Source: Longimicrobiales bacterium
GTDB lineage: Bacteria; Gemmatimonadota; Gemmatimonadetes; Longimicrobiales; Gaopeijiaceae
Length of the DNA stretch: 64,000 bases
Assembly (NCBI GenBank): GCA_965203485.1
Contig: OZ241892.1
Coordinates: 3,008,001 to 3,072,000, forward strand
Direction: 5' to 3'
Part shown: piece by piece, positions 19,324 to 29,569 of the stretch
Numbering within the stretch: the first letter of the stretch is position 1
Layout: every line of letters starts with the position of its first letter
Translations under genes and position numbers: made by a program
The notes under the pieces: generated by a model
Told to the model about the DNA's origin: nothing
Databases searched by the model: none
What the model saw: only the letters and a program-made list of their open reading frames with translations

Positions 19324-19923
19324 ATGAGCAATCCGCCGGAACACGCGGGCGACGGCGCGCAACGCCTGCCTGTGAACGTCAACATCAACTTGCCGCCCGG
19401 GGGCGTCGCGCCGACGTACGAAGCGGGCCATTCCAAGGGACTCTGCTACGGCCTGTGGTGCGCCGGCCTGTTCGGCGCCTGCGGCATCCACCGCTTCTAC
19501 CTGGGCAAGATAGGAACGGGGATCCTCTACCTCCTCACCTTGGGTCTCCTGGGCATCGGCCAGCTCTACGATCTCTTCGCCATGAACCGCCTCGTCCGCA
19601 AGGCCGACATCCGCGAGGGGCACGTCCCGCACCCGCGGCAACTGGCGCTGGCGCAAGCCCGGTCCAACCAGCCGCAGCTCCCGGCGATCAAGCCCGGCCC
19701 GCCGCCCACGCTGCGCCAAGCCCTGCTGCAGGCCGCGGTGAAGAACGGAGGCGAGCTCACGGTCACCCAGGCCGTCATGGCGACGGACCGCAGCTTCGAA
19801 GAGGTGGAGACGGCGTTGCGCGAGATGGTGGACAAGGGATACGTGGACATCGACAATGCGCCCGGAAGCGGCGTGATCGTCTATCGTTTCCCGGACTTGG
19901 CCGGGCAGTCGCCGGGCAGGTGA
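19324..19923 (+). CDS. TM2 (NINE) domain protein with probable C-terminal winged helix
   Basis: GIHRFYLGKIGTGILYLLTLGLLGIGQLYDL; GELTVTQAV...YRFP. Confidence 0.85.
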   Translation: MSNPPEHAGDGAQRLPVNVNINLPPGGVAPTYEAGHSKGLCYGLWCAGLFGACGIHRFYLGKIGTGILYLLTLGLLGIGQLYDLFAMNRLVRKADIREGHVPHPRQLALAQARSNQPQLPAIKPGPPPTLRQALLQAAVKNGGELTVTQAVMATDRSFEEVETALREMVDKGYVDIDNAPGSGVIVYRFPDLAGQSPGR

Positions 19924-19978
19924 TTCCGCCTCGGCGGCCGTCGTCCGCCGCGCGGGAAGAGGAGCGCCGGGCCCGGCT

Positions 19979-21232
19979 CTAGCCGGCGGGCAAACGCCGA
20001 AACAGGCGCACCAGGACGAACAGCGCCGCCACGTACATGGCCGCGCCCAGCAGAAACGGCGCGCCCGGAAGCTCGAACGGCGCGTCCGCCGACGTGAAGT
20101 AGCTGAACAGCCCGCCCGCGAAGATCATCGGCGCGAAGATGCCCGTGAGGCTCATGACGGACTGAAGGCCGCCCTGCACCTTGCCCTGCTCCCGCGGGTC
20201 CACGGCGCCCGCGACCAGTCCCTGAATGGCGGGACCGGCGACGCCGCCGATCGATCCCAGGACGATGAAGGCGACGAGCATCCAGCCTTCCGTCGCCAGC
20301 CCGTATCCGAGAAACGTCGCCACGGCCACTCCCAGTCCGCCCAGAATCGCCCGCCGCTCGCCCAGCCGCCCCACCACCGGCTGCACGAGCTTGCCCTGAA
20401 CGACGGCCGCCATCACGCCCACCAGCGCCAGCGAGAGCCCGTTCGCCAGCTCGTCCCAGCCGAACTTGTGGCCCGTGTACAGCACCCATACGGTCTCGAG
20501 GCCCCGTTGGCCCAGCACGATGAACACGAAGGCCACCGCCAGGCCGCGCACCAGCGGATAGGAGCGAAGCACCTGGAGCGTGCCGACGGGGTTGGCCTTC
20601 GCCCAGCGGAAGTCGTCGCGCTTCTCGGCGGGCAACGACTCGGGCAGCACGAAGAACCCGTAGAGCCAGTTGACCAGCGCGAGCGCGGCCGCGGCGAAGA
20701 ACGGCAGGCGCACGTCCAGGCCCCCCAGAAGCCCGCCCAGCGCGGGTCCGAAGACGAAGCCGAGCCCGAAGGCGGCCCCGACGAGGCCGAAGTTCTTGGC
20801 CCGGTCCGAGGGCGCCGACACGTCGGCCACGTAAGCGTGCGCGGTGGTGATGCTGGCGCCGAGCACGCCGGCCAGCAGCCGCCCCGCGAACAGCCAGCCG
20901 ATCGACGGCGACAATCCCATCACCACGTAGTCCACGCCGAGCCCGAACAGAGACGCCAGGATGACCGGCCGGCGTCCGACGCGGTCCGACAGCGCGCCCA
21001 GCAACGGGGCAAAGACGAACTGCGCGACGCCGTAGACCGACGCCAGGAGGCCGTACCAGCGGGCCGCCGAGGCGGTGCTGCCGCCCGCGAAGTCCTTCAC
21101 GAGCTCGGGCAGCACGGGGATGATGATCCCGATGCCCAGCACGTCGATGAAGACCGTGACGAGGATGAAGATCATCGCCGCCTGGCGGCGTCCGCCGCGG
21201 GGGGAACGCAGGGGAAGCGGCCTAGCGGGCAT
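19979..21232 (-). CDS. TCR/Tet-family MFS transporter
   Basis: [24 protein letters not shown] motif [11 protein letters not shown]; multiple hydrophobic segments. Confidence 0.9.
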   Translation of the reverse strand: MPARPLPLRSPRGGRRQAAMIFILVTVFIDVLGIGIIIPVLPELVKDFAGGSTASAARWYGLLASVYGVAQFVFAPLLGALSDRVGRRPVILASLFGLGVDYVVMGLSPSIGWLFAGRLLAGVLGASITTAHAYVADVSAPSDRAKNFGLVGAAFGLGFVFGPALGGLLGGLDVRLPFFAAAALALVNWLYGFFVLPESLPAEKRDDFRWAKANPVGTLQVLRSYPLVRGLAVAFVFIVLGQRGLETVWVLYTGHKFGWDELANGLSLALVGVMAAVVQGKLVQPVVGRLGERRAILGGLGVAVATFLGYGLATEGWMLVAFIVLGSIGGVAGPAIQGLVAGAVDPREQGKVQGGLQSVMSLTGIFAPMIFAGGLFSYFTSADAPFELPGAPFLLGAAMYVAALFVLVRLFRRLPAG

Positions 21233-21349
21233 GTCGCCGGCCGTGCGTGCGGCAGAGCCGACGCGCGGATGGCGACGGCATCTCGGTGAGCTCGTGCAAG
21301 GGCTTCGGCGCCACGCGCCAGCGCGCGAAACGCACGGCGCCGGAAGGGA

Positions 21350-24300
21350 TCAGCAACGGGCGGGCACGGGGCGGCCAAGCGCCCACGCGCGGGTCGCGAG
21401 GCGGGCGCCGATGAGCAGGACGCGCCCGTCCACGTCTCGGAATTGGTCGGGGAAGCGTTCCCGGATTCGGATGGCGAACGTGCAACGGTCGAGTCCCGGG
21501 TCCGCGAGCCAAGCCGCTGCTTGCCGCACCATTCGGTCGGCTCGGACGGCGTCGTCCGAAAGGGGCGAAGCGTCCTCCATGGCGGTTGGGGAGCCGCCGG
21601 CGCCGGGCGGGGCGCCGGACCGGGCGGATTCGCTCGTGCCCGCGGCGAGGCCCGCCAGAGCCCCGCGACTGCCAAGCGCGTAGAGCGCCAGCGCGGCGGG
21701 CAAGTCCTCGCGAGCGAAGAGACGGCCGCGGGAGCTGCGTGGCGCCGGGGCCGGGTCGCGCATGGCCGCTTCTTCGCGGTCCGGCGGCCGCCGGGTCGGG
21801 GTTGCGGCCGAGCCGAGCGCGGGGGTCGCGTCCACCACATCCTGGAGGATGCGGCGGAGCTGGCCCGGACTGCGCGAATCGTCGAAGGGCACCGCCGCGA
21901 GGAGCCGGACGGCCCGCTCGTCGGGGTCGTAGGGGCGCCCCTGGCCCAAGTTCTCGGGCCATGCGAGCGCCGCATCCAGGTGCGCCAACGCGGCGGATGC
22001 CGGCGCGACGGCATCCCCGGCGGGCGAGGCGGCGGCGCGCGCCAAGCAGGCGGCCTCGGTGACGTGAGCGGCGACGAAGAGCCTGTGGTTGTCGCGGGAG
22101 TTCTCCGACGGCAGCGCCTGCACCCGCTCCAGGATGCCGAGGGCTTCCCCGCCGCACGTGCCCGCCATGACCAGTGCGCGGGCGTGGAGCAGCTCCAGGT
22201 CGTAGTCGCCGGGAAACGCCTCCATGGCCGCCGCCGACATCCGCAGAGCGCGGTCCCATTCGCCCCGGCGCCCCGTCGCGCTCACCTCCCGGCCCGCGCC
22301 GCCCGTCTCGGCTCCCGCCGCCTCGGCGCGGGCGTGCTCGTGGCGGATCTGCGCGATCCGCAAGGGGCGAATGCCCGGAGCCGCCTCGACCGCGCGCGCC
22401 AAGTCCTCGGCCGGGTCGACGCCGTCGAACGCCTCCAGGAACAGTCCCCGCGTCGCGTACGCGGGCCCGTACCCGGGTTCGTCGCCCAGCGATTCGAAGG
22501 CGCGGGCGGCTTCCTCCTCTCGGTCCAGCGCCCAGAACTCCAGCGCCAGCAGGTAGCGCCACGTCCAGTGTCCGCGTCGCTCCGCCGCCCACCGCAGCAC
22601 GGGCAGCGTCTCGGGACGAAACGGGAAGGAGAAAGCCGGGTCGCCGGGCGCGTCCAGCAAGGAGGCGTCCTGCGCCAGGAATGCGCGCCAAGCCCGAATC
22701 ACCGGATTGGCGCCGAGTCGGTCCGCGAGCTCCACGAGCCGCAGCGCGTCGGCGACGAGGCCCAGCTCCGCGTGTCCCACCGCAAGCTCGAGAAGCGACT
22801 GAGCCGGATGCTCGCCGCGAAGCCCGTCGAGCAGCCTGCGTTCGGCGGCCGCGTCCCGGCCCGCCAAGTACTCCTCGGCCCGCGCGAAGTGGTGCAGCGG
22901 GTCGATTTCCGCAAGCTCGGCGCGCGCTCTCCCCGCCGCCCGGACGTCTCCCGTCCGCCGTCCGGCCACGGCCAAGACTTCCCACGCCGGTACGCTTCGC
23001 GCATCGAACTCCAGCGCCCGAGCGGCGTAGCGCTTCGCTTCCGCCCAGCGTCCGGCGGCGGCCACCACCCGCGCCAAGCGCGCGTAGGAAGCCGCCCGGT
23101 ACGCCATCGAGCGAGCCGACCAGCCGAACGCGTCGCGGGCGTCCGCCGTCCGGCCCAAGGCCGCGTGCAGGTTCCCCGCCAAGAAGTTCGCCTCGGCGTC
23201 GTACGCGTCCAGCTGGAGCGCGCGGCCTGCAAGCCGGAGGCCGTCCTCGTAGCGGGCGGACCGCAACGCCAGCTCGGCCATCCCCAGCAACGCGTCGCGG
23301 TTCCACGGCTCCGCCGCGAGCGCCCGCTCGAAGGCTCGGCGCGCATCCTTGTAGCGTCGGCCCTTCGCGAACTGCTCGCCCTCGAAAACGCGCCTGGCCG
23401 CTTCCGAGACGCCGCTCCACGCCGACGAGTCGGTCTCGAAGGGACGCGAGAGAGCGCGTGCCGCGGGATCGGAGTCGTACTCCAGCGCCAAGGCCGGCAA
23501 CCGCACCTCGAACGACTGGCCGGCCGGCACGGCGAAGTCGGCCTCGAAGGGCTCCAGCGCCGCCAAGCGAACCGGGACCGCGGCGATCCGCCGGCCGCCG
23601 GACCACGCCTGCAAGGTGTCGGCGCCGTCTCCGAACGCGTGAACCGCCACGTGCACGCGCACCGGGGAAACGGAGTCGTCCGGAGCCTCGCCCCCCTCCG
23701 CGCGCGCGTCCATCGCGCCGGGCGCCCGCCCGTCACGCCCGTGGACAGCACGGTCCGCCTCGCCCCCTTCCACGCGCACGTGCATCGCGCCCCTCGGCGA
23801 AGCGGCCGACAGTCCGCCCAGCCCCTGCACCGGGAACCAAGTCTCCGTCCAGGAACTCGACGAGACAGGATCGAATCCCGCCTGCGAGATCGGATTGACG
23901 TGGTCTCCCGGCGAATACTGGACGAACAGACGCCCCGCCTGGAACTCCACGTACTGCCCGTCCGAATCGGTCAGGAGCTCTTCCCAGACGCCGCCTTCCC
24001 GCGAAAGCGCCCAGAGCCACATCTTCCGGCCCGGCATGTCCTCGTGGCGGGCCCAGTGTCCCCAGCCCCAGTCTTCGGCGTGATAGTATCCCCCGAAGAA
24101 GTCGTTCAGCTCGCCCACGACGTGATAGGACTTGTGGCCGCCGAACGCATTGTTGCGGTACTGCGGGAGGAAGCGCCCGGCCTCGTCCTCCGGCCACGGA
24201 CGCTCGCGGCCCGAGTGCTCCAAGTACGACCGGCCCGGAACGAACAGCTCGAGGTCGTCGCGGGCGAAGGCGGCCGCCGTCATCCAGTTGTAGTAGGGCT

Positions 24301-25036
24301 GCTCCAGGGGCGTCGGATTGTGCCAGAACGCCCGCGTCGTGAACGCCGCCTGGTCGGCGGGAAGACGTATCTCGACGCGCCAGCGCGTGCGCGACGGCAG
24401 GTCCATGGCTCCAACGAAGACGCTCGCGCTGCCGTCGTCGTTGCTGCGCAACGCGTAGTCCACCGGCGTGGCGGTCGTGGGCGCGTGACCGATGACGCCG
24501 AAGTTGAACTCGATGCCTCCCGACGTCCACGGCCCGCGCAACGCGATGTTGCGGAACTTCACGACCTCGTTGCGGTAGACGAACTCGCGGCCCGTCTTCT
24601 TGACCACGGCGCCCCACACCTTGCCGCCGATCTCCGGTAGCACGAAGACCTGCACCAAGTCGTTCTCCAGGACGACGACCTTCCACTCGCGGGGCTCGGA
24701 CTCCACCGAGTAGCCCTCGAACAGGTGATAGGGATAGAGCCGGGGGTCCCGGACGAGGACGGGAACCGGGTTGGGATCGCTGAACGGGTAGGTCTCCAGC
24801 ACGCGGACCTCTTCGGACACCGCAGCCCGCTGAGACGCCTGCGCGGACGCGGTGCGCGGCTGAACCGGCCCGAGGACCAGAGCCGCCAGCAAGAGCGGCG
24901 CAGAACGACGGCGGCTCGAGCCGCGGCGGACGCAACGGCGCCGGCTTCGGTTGGCGCGGGGGCATCCCGAGCGCCCTCTTCGGCGCCGGGCCGGGGGCGG
25001 GCGCGTCGCGGTGCAGTCCTCGGCGAGCGATCTCAT
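21350..25036 (-). CDS. DUF5107-like domain + TPR-repeat protein (start uncertain)
   Basis: YPFSDPNP, LENDLVQVFVLPEIGGKVW, WTSGGIEFNFG; C-terminal TPR-like helices. Confidence 0.8.
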   Translation of the reverse strand: MRSLAEDCTATRPPPARRRRGRSGCPRANRSRRRCVRRGSSRRRSAPLLLAALVLGPVQPRTASAQASQRAAVSEEVRVLETYPFSDPNPVPVLVRDPRLYPYHLFEGYSVESEPREWKVVVLENDLVQVFVLPEIGGKVWGAVVKKTGREFVYRNEVVKFRNIALRGPWTSGGIEFNFGVIGHAPTTATPVDYALRSNDDGSASVFVGAMDLPSRTRWRVEIRLPADQAAFTTRAFWHNPTPLEQPYYNWMTAAAFARDDLELFVPGRSYLEHSGRERPWPEDEAGRFLPQYRNNAFGGHKSYHVVGELNDFFGGYYHAEDWGWGHWARHEDMPGRKMWLWALSREGGVWEELLTDSDGQYVEFQAGRLFVQYSPGDHVNPISQAGFDPVSSSSWTETWFPVQGLGGLSAASPRGAMHVRVEGGEADRAVHGRDGRAPGAMDARAEGGEAPDDSVSPVRVHVAVHAFGDGADTLQAWSGGRRIAAVPVRLAALEPFEADFAVPAGQSFEVRLPALALEYDSDPAARALSRPFETDSSAWSGVSEAARRVFEGEQFAKGRRYKDARRAFERALAAEPWNRDALLGMAELALRSARYEDGLRLAGRALQLDAYDAEANFLAGNLHAALGRTADARDAFGWSARSMAYRAASYARLARVVAAAGRWAEAKRYAARALEFDARSVPAWEVLAVAGRRTGDVRAAGRARAELAEIDPLHHFARAEEYLAGRDAAAERRLLDGLRGEHPAQSLLELAVGHAELGLVADALRLVELADRLGANPVIRAWRAFLAQDASLLDAPGDPAFSFPFRPETLPVLRWAAERRGHWTWRYLLALEFWALDREEEAARAFESLGDEPGYGPAYATRGLFLEAFDGVDPAEDLARAVEAAPGIRPLRIAQIRHEHARAEAAGAETGGAGREVSATGRRGEWDRALRMSAAAMEAFPGDYDLELLHARALVMAGTCGGEALGILERVQALPSENSRDNHRLFVAAHVTEAACLARAAASPAGDAVAPASAALAHLDAALAWPENLGQGRPYDPDERAVRLLAAVPFDDSRSPGQLRRILQDVVDATPALGSAATPTRRPPDREEAAMRDPAPAPRSSRGRLFAREDLPAALALYALGSRGALAGLAAGTSESARSGAPPGAGGSPTAMEDASPLSDDAVRADRMVRQAAAWLADPGLDRCTFAIRIRERFPDQFRDVDGRVLLIGARLATRAWALGRPVPARC

Positions 25037-25330
25037 GCGGACGAGCCTAGCCGAGTGTCCGGCGGCCTAGCAAGGCCGGAGGGGCGCACCGTCGTCGTGT
25101 CCAGCGTCAGGGGGCCAGCCGCGCGGTGGCGAGTCTTCCGCAACGGCGACGAGGTGACGACACCGCCGGGGAACTCGCGTTAGCGGGCGAGCCGCGCGGT
25201 GGCGAATCCTTCCTGCTGGACGAACCGCGCTTGCGCTTCTAGCATTCACCGTCGCGCAAGCCACGGTCGCGAAGCCCGATTCGCGCCACCGACGACATCC
25301 AAGCCGTCTCAACCTAGGAGCGTTCCCGAC

Positions 25331-26563
25331 ATGCGTCGTTTGCCGGACATTCGACTTTCCCCGCCGGACTCCCGCCGAACCTGCAGCGCCGCGCGGGCCC
25401 CCCGTCGCGCACTGGGCGTCTCCGCCGGACTGGCCGCCGCGGTCGGCGCATCGCCCGCTTGCGCCCAAGTCTCGCCCGGCGACGTCGTGGCGACCAAGCA
25501 CCACGACTACCGAATCGTCACGGTGGCCGACGGGTTCGTCCATCCGTGGTCCATCGCCTTCCTGCCCGGGGGCGACATGCTGGTGACGGAGCGGGACGGC
25601 CGCCTGCGCATCGTCCGCGACGGCCGCCTGCTGCCCGACCCCGTGGCCGGCGTTCCCGAAGTCTTGGCACGCGGCCAAGGCGGCCTCCTGGAGGCGCTTC
25701 CGCACCCGGACTTCGCTTCGAACCGGCTCCTCTACATCAGCTATTCCAAGCCCTTGGCCGAAGAGGACGGCGCGACCACGGCCGTTGTGCGCGGCACGTT
25801 CGAGGACGACCGCTTCACGCTTGCGGACGAGATCTTCGAGGCCGTCTCGCGAGGCGCCGGCCACTACGGCTGCAAGCTGGCCTTCGACGAGCAGGGCCGC
25901 CTCTTCCTCACCGTGGGCGACCGCCAAGTCCCGCCCAGAGGCGACTTGGCCGCCCACCCGGCCCAGGACCCGTCCAACCACCACGGAGTCGTGGTCCGCC
26001 TGAACGACGACGGGCGGGTTCCGTCCGACAACCCGTTCGCGGGACGCGACGACGCCCGCCACGACATCTGGAGCTACGGCCACCGCAATCCGCAGGGCCT
26101 CGCCATCCACCCCGAGACCGGCGCCGTCTGGCTCACCGAGCACGGCCCCCAAGGCGGCGACGAAGTCAACGTCGCCGCGCCCGGCGCCAACTACGGCTGG
26201 CCCGTCATCGGCTACGGCGTCAACTACCGCAGCGGCGCCGCCATCCACGCCTCCACCCACGCCGAGGGCATGGAGCAGCCCGTCCACATCTGGGTGCCCT
26301 CCATAGGCGCCTCCGGCCTCCTCTTCTACACCGGCGACCAGTTCCCCGAATGGCGCGGCGACCTGCTCGCGGGCGGCCTCTCCGGCCAGCGCATCGACCG
26401 CCTGACCGTCGAAGGCGACCGCGTCGTCGCTTCGGAGACCATCCTCCAAGGCCTGGGCCGCGTCCGCGACGTCCGCCAGGGACCGGACGGCCTCATCTAC
26501 GTGGCAATCGACTCCCGCCAAGGCGAGCAGACGCCGGTCGTGAGGCTGGAGCCGGCGGGGTAG
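25331..26563 (+). CDS. PQQ-dependent sugar dehydrogenase (glucose/sorbosone family)
   Basis: HPWSIAFLP, GQGGLL, YGHRNPQG, EHGPQGGDE, NYGWP, RVRDV. Confidence 0.92.
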   Translation: MRRLPDIRLSPPDSRRTCSAARAPRRALGVSAGLAAAVGASPACAQVSPGDVVATKHHDYRIVTVADGFVHPWSIAFLPGGDMLVTERDGRLRIVRDGRLLPDPVAGVPEVLARGQGGLLEALPHPDFASNRLLYISYSKPLAEEDGATTAVVRGTFEDDRFTLADEIFEAVSRGAGHYGCKLAFDEQGRLFLTVGDRQVPPRGDLAAHPAQDPSNHHGVVVRLNDDGRVPSDNPFAGRDDARHDIWSYGHRNPQGLAIHPETGAVWLTEHGPQGGDEVNVAAPGANYGWPVIGYGVNYRSGAAIHASTHAEGMEQPVHIWVPSIGASGLLFYTGDQFPEWRGDLLAGGLSGQRIDRLTVEGDRVVASETILQGLGRVRDVRQGPDGLIYVAIDSRQGEQTPVVRLEPAG

Positions 26564-27178
26564 CCGAGGTCAACGAAACCACCCGGACAAGCACAGATGG
26601 ACGACGTCGTCCTGCTCGTTCCCGGCGGCATCCGTGATGGGAATCGTCCAGTAGAAACGATAACGGCTTGTTGTTGATCCATGTCGAGGATCATCGCTCA
26701 TACTCATCAGTATATGGCCCCAGGCTCCGGTTCGGCGGGCACTGATTGCAAGCACAGATGAACCGTGCCACCCTGTTCACCTTCCACTGGCCCTGCGACG
26801 AATAATGTCTTGTAGCCAGAAACGCAATCGACAAACCAAAACGGATAATCCTCTTCTGAGGACCGGAGGTCGATCCCGAGAAACCAGTTGTGGGCCGGGT
26901 CCAACATCCAGGAGATCGATCCGTCGGCGACACGGCGCCCATCGTTGATTATCCGAACGAACACTTGCTGATTGCCGTGTTTTGGCACGCTTGTCGATAC
27001 TGCCCAGCGCGTGTCGTTGGCGATCATCGCGAAATCTTCGGGTCGAAACGTATGCCCGTCGATTTCGACCTCCAATCCAGCAAGATCGAGCGAATATGGT
27101 CGGCATTCCAGTTCGAAGGTTCTCTTGCCTTCTCGGAAACGGTATGAGGACTCGCTACCGAGAAGTGAGCTCTGTGTA

Positions 27179-28035
27179 GAGCCTATCTCAAAAAGCGTGA
27201 TGGGTTGCGATGGGCCGGGGAGTTGTTTATCTTTGAGGCATGACGACGGTGAAGCTGAGCGACGAGCAGTGGGAGCGGATTCGCCACCACTTTCCCGAGG
27301 AAGCGCAAAAGGGGAAGCGGCTGGGGCGGCCGCCGGTGCCCGCCCGGCGCGTGTTCGAGGCAGCGCTGTGGATTCTGCACACGGGCGCCCAGTGGAGCTT
27401 TCTGCCGCAACACTATCCGAACTACAAGACCGTGCACCGGAGGTTCCAGACTTGGGTCCGGACGGGCGTGCTCGAACGGGTGCTGAGGGACTTGGCGGGG
27501 GAAGCGAGGCAACGGGGTCTCTTCGACGGCACGGAGGCATACGTGGACGCGTCGTTCGCGCGGGCGAAGGGAGGCGGGGCGGGCGTGGGAAACACCAAGG
27601 CGGGCAAGGGCGTGAAGATCATGGCGGTCGTGGACCGTTGCGGTCTTCCGCTGTCGTTGAGCACGCATCCTGCGAATCCTCACGAGGCGACGCTCGTCCA
27701 GTTGTCGCTGGACTTGGCGTTCACGGACGACACGCCGGCAAACTTGATCGGCGACAAGGCGTACGACAGCGACCCGCTGGACGCGGCCTTGCGTGCGCGA
27801 GGCATCGAGATGATCGCGCCGCACCGGCGCAATCGAACGCGGCCGCGGACGCAGGACGGTCGTCGGCTTCGGCGGGCGAAGCGACGATGGATTGTCGAGC
27901 GGTTCTTCGGGTGGATGCAGTGGAAGCGCCGGCTGTTGGTCCGTTGGGAATATCATCCCGAGAACTTCCTGGCGTTCGTCCAACTGTCCGCCATCTGCAT
28001 CTTCTTCAGCCATCTCGGCTTTTTGAGATAGGTTC
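27179..28035 (+). mobile_element. IS5-family insertion sequence (857 bp)
   Basis: IR GAGCCTATCTCAAAAAGC / GCTTTTTGAGATAGGTTC; TA on both flanks (27177-27178, 28036-28037). Confidence 0.92.
27240..28031 (+). CDS. IS5-family transposase (single ORF)
   Basis: LSDEQW, TGAQW, TVHRRF, VDASF, GDKAYDS, RWIVERFF. Confidence 0.93.
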   Translation: MTTVKLSDEQWERIRHHFPEEAQKGKRLGRPPVPARRVFEAALWILHTGAQWSFLPQHYPNYKTVHRRFQTWVRTGVLERVLRDLAGEARQRGLFDGTEAYVDASFARAKGGGAGVGNTKAGKGVKIMAVVDRCGLPLSLSTHPANPHEATLVQLSLDLAFTDDTPANLIGDKAYDSDPLDAALRARGIEMIAPHRRNRTRPRTQDGRRLRRAKRRWIVERFFGWMQWKRRLLVRWEYHPENFLAFVQLSAICIFFSHLGFLR

Positions 28036-28615
28036 TACAGAAGAATTGACTATGTTTTCCAAGCACCAGATGAAGTCCGTGACGTTTTCGCGAGCGCGCC
28101 ATACATAGTTTCCTCTAAACGTGCGATAGCGAACGCGACATGTCCTGAAGACCTCGATGACATACGTCGAAGAATACGTCGTGCGGTCCAACATACGCCA
28201 TCCCCGCCATCGTCGGCAACACGAGTTGGACCGATCCGCTCGATATGGCCTCGACGGCGGTCGCTTCCAGCTCGAGGACCACGGCCAAATGCGGCGCCAG
28301 GGCTCTCACGACCTTTATCGCCAAGTCGAGCCTTGGCACGAAGTTGTTCCAGTAGACTCAAGGCCAAGGTCCGTCGATGGGCGGGCGCATGCCCCGTGGT
28401 CCCTCTCGGGACGGACCGCGCTCTTGCGCGAGTCACGATTGCGATTCTCATTTTGAAGGGCGCCGCAACGGGACGGCCTCCCGCGAGCTGGTCGCCGGCG
28501 GCAAGGGGGGAACGGCGGCGCACGACCGGCGTCCCCTGCTTCGACGCGCGCGCTCGGACTTGGTTGGCGTCCGCCGGCGGATCTGGCGTGGGTCAGCACG
28601 CATGCCGTTGCGGCG

Positions 28616-29005
28616 TCAGCGCACCACCCTGACGGTCACGCCCCGGATCTTCAGCTCCGCCCATGCGCGGTCGGCGGTCACGGCGGGAACGCGCAACCGG
28701 CGGGCCGTCGCGAGACACGCGAGGGCGCCGAGAGAAGGGTCCAGGCGCTTCGTCTTGGGCAGGTAGGCGTCGGCGCGCAGGGCCGTCTCGGCGTCGAAGG
28801 GAACGATCTCGATGTCGAGTTCCGTGAACACGTCGGCGACCTCGCCCGCGGTCCAGCCGTCCGCGCGGAGACGGCCGGCGACTTCGGCCACGTTGACCGA
28901 GGACATGGCCGCGCCGTGGCCGAGCGCCTCTTCGACGAGTTCCGCGCCCGGCTCGTCGAAGACGGCCGCCAAGAGGGCCGAAGCGTCCAAGAGAACCCGG
29001 CGCAT
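28616..29005 (-). CDS. vapC: PIN-domain toxin
   Basis: LLDASALLA...E...NVAEV...SLGA...VTADRAW. Confidence 0.85.
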   Translation of the reverse strand: MRRVLLDASALLAAVFDEPGAELVEEALGHGAAMSSVNVAEVAGRLRADGWTAGEVADVFTELDIEIVPFDAETALRADAYLPKTKRLDPSLGALACLATARRLRVPAVTADRAWAELKIRGVTVRVVR

Positions 29006-29011
29006 GACCCG

Positions 29012-29308
29012 TCAGCCGGCCCGGCGTTCGGCAATGAAGGCGTCCACGACGTCGCCGCCGTCTCGCCGTCGGCGTCGCGCGATGGCGCGGAGGCGCTCGA
29101 GCGCGGCCTCCACCGTCCTCAGCCGAACGGCGTCTCCTTCCAAGCTGGCGACCAGCTCCGTCCGCCCCCGTATGCCCAACGCCTTGCGGAAGCGCGCCGG
29201 CAAGACCACGCGGCCCGCCTCGTCAATGGCGACGTGCTCCGTGTCCGCCAAGCGGCCCGGGCGGCGGTTGGGCGGCGGCGAAACGGCATTTTCGCGCGTT
29301 TCTTCCAT
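29012..29308 (-). CDS. AbrB/MazE/SpoVT-family antitoxin
   Basis: IDEAGRVVLPARFRKALGI; immediately upstream of vapC. Confidence 0.85.
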   Translation of the reverse strand: MEETRENAVSPPPNRRPGRLADTEHVAIDEAGRVVLPARFRKALGIRGRTELVASLEGDAVRLRTVEAALERLRAIARRRRRDGGDVVDAFIAERRAG

Positions 29309-29318
29309 GATCGCGGCT

Positions 29319-29404
29319 TTCTGGTAGATGCGGCCGTTCTGGTAGGTGCGGCCGCTTATGGCAGGAACCGGCGCTTATGGCATGACCATCGACTTCTGCC
29401 ATGA
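29319..29404. promoter_or_regulatory. Tandem 18-19 bp units upstream of the TA operon (putative operators)
   Basis: TTCTGGTAG(A/G)TGCGGCCG x2, CTTATGGCA x2, then inverted CTGCCATGA. Confidence 0.5.
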
Positions 29405-29569
29405 ACGGCTCGGCGTACCATATGGCCGCGTCGTGGCCGGCGGCAAGGGGACGGCCCGTTCGCGCTCCACGCCGGCGTAGACGCGGAATCGCGCGGGCGC
29501 GCAAACACGTGGAGGACCCAGGCCGAGTCCTTGCCGGACGCCAGGAGACGAGAACTGAACGGGCACGCG

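Larger units (their letters stand above)
26707..28102 (-). pseudogene. Hypothetical gene interrupted by IS5
   Basis: Removing 27179-28037 restores one frame from ATG 28102 (AGAGGA RBS): MARSRKRHGLHLVLGKHSQFFC|TQSSLLGSESS...GTVHLCLQSVPAEPEPGAIY. Confidence 0.65.

Noticed and set aside
19979..21232. Acquired tetA resistance gene
   Set aside because: No tetR or mobile context; host-like composition; substrate cannot be inferred.
21443..24640. 1065-aa plus-strand ORF (likewise 51221-54703 minus and 13306-15867 minus)
   Set aside because: High-GC shadow ORFs opposite well-supported genes.
28115..28339. Possible HTH fragment (PRLDLAIKVVRAL)
   Set aside because: Too short and weak to support a call.
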